This document shows, piece by piece, positions 57,948 to 64,000 of a stretch of DNA of 64,000 nucleotides. The first letter of the stretch is position 1, and every line of letters begins with the position of its first letter. The notes beneath the pieces are model-generated. The model ran no database searches, was not told the origin of the DNA, and saw only the letters and a program-made list of their open reading frames with translations. The position numbers and the translations under genes are program-made. Source of the stretch: an uncultured Flavobacteriales bacterium (GTDB lineage Bacteria > Bacteroidota > Bacteroidia > UBA10329); the NCBI GenBank assembly GCA_937900875.1, contig CALCGD010000268.1, positions 4,334-68,333 of the forward strand. Direction: 5' to 3'.

Positions 57948-59033
57948 TTGCATTCCTTGCCCATAACCGTTAAACTTGTGTACACACTCAATACAATGAA
58001 ACTTTCATTCACGTCAGCACTTGTACTCGTTTTTATCGCTACGGTTACGTTTTATTCTTGTGCCCGCATGGGCTCAGGTAGCGAAGAGCGTGTTTCTCAT
58101 GGAGATGTTTCTGTTGGGGGGGTCTTGACAGTAACGGTTTCTACCCCAATTGGGTTTGTAATTCCTAGTGCCATCACGGATGCGTCTTCTTCCGAGATAG
58201 GAACACATATTCACTGTGGGCTTGTAAACCTTGACCCCGGTTTATTAGATGTTGTTCCGGCTATTGCCGAAAGCTGGTCTATTGACGATAAGAAGACCTC
58301 CTACGTATTCAATTTGCGAAAAGGCGTTTTGTTCCACAAAGACGCTTGTTTCGGAAGCGGTAACAGAGAGATTACAGCTGAAGATTTTAAATACAGCTTT
58401 GAGCAACTTTGCGGCCAGGACGAACTTGGAGCATTTGAAACAACTTTTGCAAATAGAGTTGAAGGGGCTGATGCTTTTCATAATGGAGAAGCCTCTGAAA
58501 TCTCGGGGGTTCAGGTTATTGATGATTATACACTCCGTATTCGGTTAATAAAACCAGAACAGTCCTTTCTGTTCGTGTTAGCACAGCCTTCAACAGCGGC
58601 TATAGCTGAGAAAGCAATGCTTAAGTACGGGAGTGAGTCGAAGATAGGAGCAGGCCCGTTTGTAATGAAAACAGTTGGAAAAGAAATGCTCTTGGTTAGA
58701 AATGATGAATATTATCAGACTGATGCTTTTGGAAATCACCTTCCGTATTTGGATACGTTAATCGTTAAAACCGTCTCTACAAAATCAAACCAATTAGAAC
58801 AATTTTTAGAAGGTCAACTAGATGTGGTTTCTGGGCTCTACCTAGACCCCGTAAGAGATGTTTTGGAAAGTCAAATGGCTAATTTTTCAGGCAAAAACCC
58901 GAAATATATAATGGTTAGGGAAGAAGAATCTGCTGGGTATGAATCCTACACAATTTACCGAGCCAACCTTAAGGGATTTGGGAGCAATTTTATGGGCTAC
59001 AGAAATTTTTCTCAGGTTCAGATCGAACAATAA
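57948..59033 (+). CDS. Lipoprotein resembling the N-terminal two-thirds of an ABC substrate-binding protein family 5 (peptide/nickel), apparently truncated
   Basis: Lipobox (TFYSCA); SBP_bac_5-like N-region (AIAESWSIDDKKTSYVFNLRKGVLFHKD...TAEDFKYSFEQL). It is only 361 aa (canonical forms are about 520) and the next gene starts 23 nt later. Confidence 0.55.
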   Translation: MHSLPITVKLVYTLNTMKLSFTSALVLVFIATVTFYSCARMGSGSEERVSHGDVSVGGVLTVTVSTPIGFVIPSAITDASSSEIGTHIHCGLVNLDPGLLDVVPAIAESWSIDDKKTSYVFNLRKGVLFHKDACFGSGNREITAEDFKYSFEQLCGQDELGAFETTFANRVEGADAFHNGEASEISGVQVIDDYTLRIRLIKPEQSFLFVLAQPSTAAIAEKAMLKYGSESKIGAGPFVMKTVGKEMLLVRNDEYYQTDAFGNHLPYLDTLIVKTVSTKSNQLEQFLEGQLDVVSGLYLDPVRDVLESQMANFSGKNPKYIMVREEESAGYESYTIYRANLKGFGSNFMGYRNFSQVQIEQ

Positions 59034-59056
59034 CTCAGGATCAAGATTTTATAAGA

Positions 59057-59761
59057 ATGGAATTAAAGAATCAGGTAGCCCTTGTAACCGGGGGTAGTAA
59101 TGGCATTGGTAAAGAAGTCGCTAGGCAGCTTGTAAATGCTGGAGCTGTGGTTTACATCACGGGTAGAAATGAGGAACGGCTTAACGCTGCTGCTGCAGAA
59201 ACTAAAGCGACTGGAGTACTTTCTGACGTTTCTGTACAAAAAGACATTGACCATATTGTTTCTACCATCATGGAAAACGAGGGTAGGTTAGACATTTTGA
59301 TTAACAATGCCGGATTTGGTGCAGGTTGGGCAGAAATAGGAAACTTAAACATGGAAGATATGCTTCGAGTTTATCAAACCAACGTTTTTGGTGCCGCAAT
59401 GATGGGGCAGGCAGCAGCAAGCATTTTTAAGGATCAAAAATCAGGGAACATTGTGAATATTGGCTCAACAGCTTCTTTGAAAGGGTATGCTAAGGGCAGC
59501 ATTTATGCGTCTTCAAAATTTGCGTTACGCGGTCTTAGCCAATGTTGGCAAGCGGATTTACGGCCGTATAATGTTCGTGTTATGCATGTTAATCCTTCTG
59601 AAGTTACTACGGCCTTTGGAAAAACAGATGGATTGCCTCGAGATGAAGTGGCAAATAAACTACGACCAAAAGAAATAGCGGATCAAATTCTCTCGCAGCT
59701 CAGAATTGATAATCGAGGCTTTGTGCCTGAAGTGACAATTTGGGCCACCAATCCATGGTGA
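59057..59761 (+). CDS. SDR-family oxidoreductase
   Basis: TGGSNGIG cofactor motif, NNAG, YASSK catalytic Tyr/Lys. Confidence 0.88.
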   Translation: MELKNQVALVTGGSNGIGKEVARQLVNAGAVVYITGRNEERLNAAAAETKATGVLSDVSVQKDIDHIVSTIMENEGRLDILINNAGFGAGWAEIGNLNMEDMLRVYQTNVFGAAMMGQAAASIFKDQKSGNIVNIGSTASLKGYAKGSIYASSKFALRGLSQCWQADLRPYNVRVMHVNPSEVTTAFGKTDGLPRDEVANKLRPKEIADQILSQLRIDNRGFVPEVTIWATNPW

Positions 59762-59792
59762 TGTACGAGATTCACGGAACAAGCATTTATAT

Positions 59793-61283
59793 TTGGACTA
59801 TACTTCAAAACTCATGATGAAAATATTTACGATTTCAACAATTCTTTCTTGTCTAATCTCTCTGGTTGCACTTGCACAACCAAGCACTCTTACCGTTGGC
59901 AACACTACACTAGACGTTAGAGTTGTTATTCAGGGGTCAAACTCATCTAATGGAATAGATATTCCTTGGGAGATTCAATGGGGTCCGGATAACTTTATTT
60001 GGATGACTGAAAGATCAGGAAGAGTAAGCAGATTAAACCCAGAAACGGGAGCGAGAACTACCATTTTGGATTTGAGCAATGCCGTTTACGATCAATCAGA
60101 GGCAGGGTTGTTAGGCCTTCAACTTCATCCAGATTTTGAGAATAATCCGTATGTTTTTCTTGCATACACATATTCAAGTGGAGGCGTGAAAGAGCGAATT
60201 GTGAGATACACCTACAATAGCACAAGCAACACGCTAGGGTCTCCAATGATTTTGTTAGATAACATCAACGGAAACAGCACGCACATTGGCTGCCGATTAT
60301 TGATTCTTCCGGATAATACCATGTTAGCTACAACAGGAGACTACCAAAACCAGTCTTCTCCTCAAGATGATAACGCGCTGAATGGAAAGATTTTGAGAAT
60401 GAATCTAGATGGCACAATCCCATCTGACAACCCATTTGGGCCTACGAGCTACGTTTATAGCAAAGGGCACAGAAATGCTCAAGGTCTTTTGATTGCGCCA
60501 AATGGTACCATTTACAGCTCGGAGCACGGACCAACGACCGATGATGAGTTCAATATTATTGTTCCTGGTGGCAATTATGGCTGGCCTGATGTTGCTGGAT
60601 TTTGTAACTCCACAAGCGAAATGGCAGCTTGTAATACAATGACTGATTATCAGGACCCTTTAGCAATTTGGTATTCTGGCTCAACAATAGCACCATCCGA
60701 TATCGTTTATTACAATCATCCAGCAATTCCAGAATGGCAAGGGAAAATTTTGATGGCTGTTCTTAAGGCGGAACACATCAAGGTTATTGAGTTAGACAAC
60801 GTGGACGGAACCACTGTTGTGGACCAAGAGATAATGTTCAATACTGCACATGCAAACAATCCAACATCAAGTTTCAATCAGGGTCTTTTAAATAGGCTAA
60901 GAGACCTTTGTGTTGCCCCTGACGGCCGAGTGTTTGTTGCTACCAGTGGCTCATCATGGTCAAACACATCTCCTTTTACTCATTCAATCCTTGAGTTAGA
61001 AAACTCCAGCTATTCCCCTACGTCTATCGAAAACGAGCAACTTGCCGTCAGGACTCGGGTATATCCAAACCCAACTTCTGGATTAACGAAAATTTCTTTT
61101 GCTTCAGAATTAGTCGGTGCGGACTACGTAATCACAGATTTTACAGGACGAATTATTGCAACAGAGCAAATTACTGCGGCCAATGTGACTGCTGATTTTT
61201 CCGCTTTGGCATCGGGTTTGTATATTATCCAATCAACAAATGGAAATTATACAACCAGCGAGAGACTCGTGATTAGTAAATGA
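59793..61283 (+). CDS. PQQ-dependent sugar (glucose/sorbosone) dehydrogenase beta-propeller with T9SS type-A C-terminal sorting domain
   Basis: Signal peptide; soluble-GDH motifs (PDNTMLATTGD, HGPTTDDEFNII, GGNYGWP); C-terminus VYPNPTSGLTKISF...LYIIQSTNG...RLVISK. Confidence 0.8.
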   Translation: MDYTSKLMMKIFTISTILSCLISLVALAQPSTLTVGNTTLDVRVVIQGSNSSNGIDIPWEIQWGPDNFIWMTERSGRVSRLNPETGARTTILDLSNAVYDQSEAGLLGLQLHPDFENNPYVFLAYTYSSGGVKERIVRYTYNSTSNTLGSPMILLDNINGNSTHIGCRLLILPDNTMLATTGDYQNQSSPQDDNALNGKILRMNLDGTIPSDNPFGPTSYVYSKGHRNAQGLLIAPNGTIYSSEHGPTTDDEFNIIVPGGNYGWPDVAGFCNSTSEMAACNTMTDYQDPLAIWYSGSTIAPSDIVYYNHPAIPEWQGKILMAVLKAEHIKVIELDNVDGTTVVDQEIMFNTAHANNPTSSFNQGLLNRLRDLCVAPDGRVFVATSGSSWSNTSPFTHSILELENSSYSPTSIENEQLAVRTRVYPNPTSGLTKISFASELVGADYVITDFTGRIIATEQITAANVTADFSALASGLYIIQSTNGNYTTSERLVISK

Positions 61284-62020
61284 AACCAGTTTTAGTAGCC
61301 TTATTCCCCTTTTTATTAGCCACCAATGTATTTGGGCAGATAGATAATCCTGAATTTACGGCTGTCGCCAAAAAATTTGAGAAAGGAAACTTTGAGTCAG
61401 CACTTGAGTCTGCCGAATCTCTGATTGACAACGATAAGCATCGAAAAAAGCCAGAGCCCTATTTGTGGGCCTCTATGTGCTATTACGCAATACATAATTC
61501 TGACCTTGAGAAGCTACAAGAGCGGTTCTCTGCACCGTTAAAAAACGCCTTAAAATATGCTGGTAAGGCGGTTCAAAAAGATAAGGACAATACTATTGTT
61601 GAGAATAATCTAGAGTATTTTGAAACGATGAAACGAGAAGGTGTTGCTTTCGCTAAGGAATACGAAGCAAGTGACGACCATCGTAAGGCTCTTTACACTT
61701 ACAAGCAGATTTTAAATTTTGTGCCAAACGATCCGTATGTGCTATTCGCCAAAGGAGTTTCTGAATTGCGGCAAAGCGCTACGTATGATGCCGAAAAAGA
61801 TATAGCGGAGAGTTTTCCGGTGCTTGACCAACGATACAGGGACATTGATTATGTGCCAGACCCGGCAACATCGCCATTACTGAAGGATGCTGTGGTTTAT
61901 TACATAGACCATCTAATACTAAACGCGTACGTTGATTCTGCACGTACTGTGGCAATGACAGCACGTGTATTTTTCCCTTTAGATGAAGGAATTAAAGCTA
62001 CGCTGGAAGGAATAAAGTAG
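61280..62020 (+). CDS. Hypothetical secreted helical protein
   Basis: Signal peptide; 246 aa; overlaps the upstream stop by 4 nt. Confidence 0.5.
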   Translation: MKPVLVALFPFLLATNVFGQIDNPEFTAVAKKFEKGNFESALESAESLIDNDKHRKKPEPYLWASMCYYAIHNSDLEKLQERFSAPLKNALKYAGKAVQKDKDNTIVENNLEYFETMKREGVAFAKEYEASDDHRKALYTYKQILNFVPNDPYVLFAKGVSELRQSATYDAEKDIAESFPVLDQRYRDIDYVPDPATSPLLKDAVVYYIDHLILNAYVDSARTVAMTARVFFPLDEGIKATLEGIK

Positions 62021-62088
62021 CTAGCTGTAAAGGTCTTAAAGAGATGCTTAGCGCCACTCGTTCATTTAACAATTTGGTTGTGCTCGGC

Positions 62089-64000
62089 TTAGTTACCTAG
62101 CATCCCAATTATCATGGCATTCGATTCAGAAGCTTTGACCTTTTCAACTATCATTCCTATTCGCTCTGTTAATGATTTTGCTTCTGGAGAATCTACAACT
62201 TCGGCAGATTGACGCAATCCCATTAACACTTGAATTGCGGAAAGTCTCATCCACCAAGCGCCTTCGTTAAGAGAGATATCCTCCAACATATCTAAGCCTT
62301 TTGCTTGAGTGCTCACGTCTTGGTTTAGCAAGTATTTCCCAAAAATTTGTACGTACACGTACTTGTTATTCGGGTCTGAGATTTGGTCGTAAGCTCTTGA
62401 GAAGAATGCCATTTCCTCTGTGCCTCCATGTTGTGAGTAAAGAGTTGCAATAGCCGAAATGAGCGAGCCAGAAGCGTCTGCTTCAATCTTTTTTGCTTTT
62501 GCCAATGCCATTGGTTGGTCGTATTTAGCAACACCGCTAAGTGCAGCTCCCAATACCAGGTAAGATTGATCTTTCATGGCCCCTTCTATCACCGCTTGCA
62601 CATTTTTATCTGAACTGAACTTTTCTGCTAAGGCTGTAATTGCCTCTGCTCTAACTGATGATTTTTCATCTTTCTGAGTAAGCCAAATAAGCTTGTTCTT
62701 AAGTAGTGATGTATCAGTGATTGTTTTTGCTTGAATGCTTTGAAGAGCCTTGCGTCTGGTTGCCCAATATTCATCTTCAAGTGTGGCAAATAAGACTTCA
62801 ATCACCTCAGGACTTGAATTTGTCTTTAGACTGTTCATTGCTTTCGCCTTATCGATATAAAACGGAGAATTCTTCAGCATAAAAAGGCTCTCATCATCCG
62901 ATAATGTTTCGTTGATGGTGCCTAATACCATATTCTCAGCGTCAACCTTTACAAGAGATGGCTTGCCTAAAACAGCGAACTCAAAAACCTGCTCTTGCTC
63001 AGTTAGGTCAATTCTGGTTCGATTAACTGCCCCTCCGAAATAGATGTCTACATCCATCGGAATTCTGTACAACGGAAACTCTTTTATATCTTGATTTTGC
63101 GTGATGGTAACCGCATATGTCTTGCTAGCGTCATCATAGTTGTGCTCAATTTTCAAATCTGGATGTCCCTGATTGAAAAACCATTGATTGAAAAACCAGT
63201 TCAAATCTTCGCCAGTAATTTGCTCCATGGCTAATCTTAGCTGGTGCATTTCTACAGCTTTGTATTCGTTTTGGCGGAGGTATAAATTCAGTCCTTTAAA
63301 AAAGGCTTCATCACCAATTGTTTTACGAAGCATGTGAAGAATTCGTCCCCCTTTGTTGTAGGAGTGGGCATCGAACATGTCTTCCTTATTGTCATAATAG
63401 AATCGAATCATGTCAACATGACCCGTTTGTTTAACAGAGGCGATGTATTGTCTCATTTGTTCGTTTCCGTGCTTATCGGCAGCATCTCTACCGTGGCGAT
63501 GCTCCAGCCATAAATATTCTCCGTAGGTGGCAAAAGATTCGTTTAGAGGCAGGTTACTCCAACTTTCGCAGGTAACTAAATCTCCGAACCAATGGTGAAA
63601 TAATTCGTGTGCAATGATTTCTTCATTATCACCGTCTATTAGCTCTCGTTGTGTCTTATTAAGAAACTCGCCATGAATGGTAGCCGTTGTGTTTTCCATA
63701 GCACCCGAAACGTAATCCCGTACAACTACTTGGCTGTACTTTTCCCAAGCATAAGGGTAATCCAACACGGTAGAATAGAACTCTAGCATGGTAGGTGTTT
63801 CGCCAAAAATGGCTTTTGCATGAGGCTCGTAAGCTGGCTCAACATAGTAATCGACATCAATGCCCTTCCACTTGTCTTTTACCACAGCAAATTCTCCGAC
63901 AGCCATCATAGCCAAGTACGGGGCATGCGGCTTGGTTTGCTTCCAAGTGTCCGTTCTTGTGCCGTCACCATTCGGTTTTGAACTTGTAAGTAGACCATTG
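62089..64000 (-). CDS. M1-family zinc metallopeptidase with C-terminal HEAT-like repeats; partial, N-terminus beyond the window end
   Basis: GAMEN; HELFHHWFGD...WLNESFATY. The reading frame stays open upstream of the ORF-track TTG start through to position 64000. Confidence 0.85.
   Translation of the reverse strand, partial: NGLLTSSKPNGDGTRTDTWKQTKPHAPYLAMMAVGEFAVVKDKWKGIDVDYYVEPAYEPHAKAIFGETPTMLEFYSTVLDYPYAWEKYSQVVVRDYVSGAMENTTATIHGEFLNKTQRELIDGDNEEIIAHELFHHWFGDLVTCESWSNLPLNESFATYGEYLWLEHRHGRDAADKHGNEQMRQYIASVKQTGHVDMIRFYYDNKEDMFDAHSYNKGGRILHMLRKTIGDEAFFKGLNLYLRQNEYKAVEMHQLRLAMEQITGEDLNWFFNQWFFNQGHPDLKIEHNYDDASKTYAVTITQNQDIKEFPLYRIPMDVDIYFGGAVNRTRIDLTEQEQVFEFAVLGKPSLVKVDAENMVLGTINETLSDDESLFMLKNSPFYIDKAKAMNSLKTNSSPEVIEVLFATLEDEYWATRRKALQSIQAKTITDTSLLKNKLIWLTQKDEKSSVRAEAITALAEKFSSDKNVQAVIEGAMKDQSYLVLGAALSGVAKYDQPMALAKAKKIEADASGSLISAIATLYSQHGGTEEMAFFSRAYDQISDPNNKYVYVQIFGKYLLNQDVSTQAKGLDMLEDISLNEGAWWMRLSAIQVLMGLRQSAEVVDSPEAKSLTERIGMIVEKVKASESNAMIIGMLGN

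Noticed and set aside
1-64000. Search for CRISPR arrays, integrases, transposases, phage genes or restriction-modification/defence islands
   Set aside because: No regularly spaced direct repeats of 25-40 nt, no recombinase/transposase-like ORFs and no obvious defence-gene architectures were seen. The two SAM methyltransferases (6571..7485, 30803..31504) are small-molecule or protein-type class I enzymes, without the DNA-MTase motifs (DPPY/PC) and without adjacent nuclease genes.

Overview
The window reads as a chromosomal segment from a Bacteroidota genome (Flavobacteriia/Cytophagia-like), with about 42-44% GC outside one extreme GC-rich tract. It carries T9SS C-terminal sorting domains of both type A and type B, a GldM homologue, and protein-coding genes that lack the usual Shine-Dalgarno sequences. 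I found about 58 real CDS and two tRNAs, and no CRISPR array, integrase or transposase. 

Most of the window is housekeeping: rpiB, mnmG, ybeY, gltX, folB, hemB, tex, and a selD-selU selenouridine pair. It is rich in secreted peptidases: three M1 aminopeptidases, an S9 oligopeptidase B and an M28 peptidase. It carries T9SS cargo: a 1362-aa adhesin with a collagen-like Gly-rich segment and a type-B CTD, a Kelch-type protein, a PQQ-dependent sugar dehydrogenase, and a small secreted protein. 

The regions most worth follow-up are:
- a tightly coupled four-gene ABC/FtsX operon (18829-21557) whose permease has histidine clusters in its periplasmic domain, followed by two tandem paralogous small secreted proteins sharing a CFFCGNAGPE motif;
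- a stand-alone GldM-like gene (42792-44405) without gldK/L/N, sitting after an ECF sigma factor and a 74-aa membrane-anchored mini-protein;
- a wecE-centred amino-sugar lipid-carrier cluster (23618-28616) comprising a DegT-type transaminase, a polytopic membrane protein, two GT2 glycosyltransferases and an epimerase;
- a secreted MORN/YwqK-repeat protein translationally coupled to a cytoplasmic PAS histidine kinase and a LytTR regulator (2315-6448), downstream of a 515-nt AT-rich leader carrying three copies of TTATGCA(A/C)C;
- a DUF4175-like 1128-aa coiled-coil membrane protein with an adjacent GHKL ATPase (9847-13643).

All functional calls rest on motif and architecture recognition of the supplied translations. 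No database search was run.
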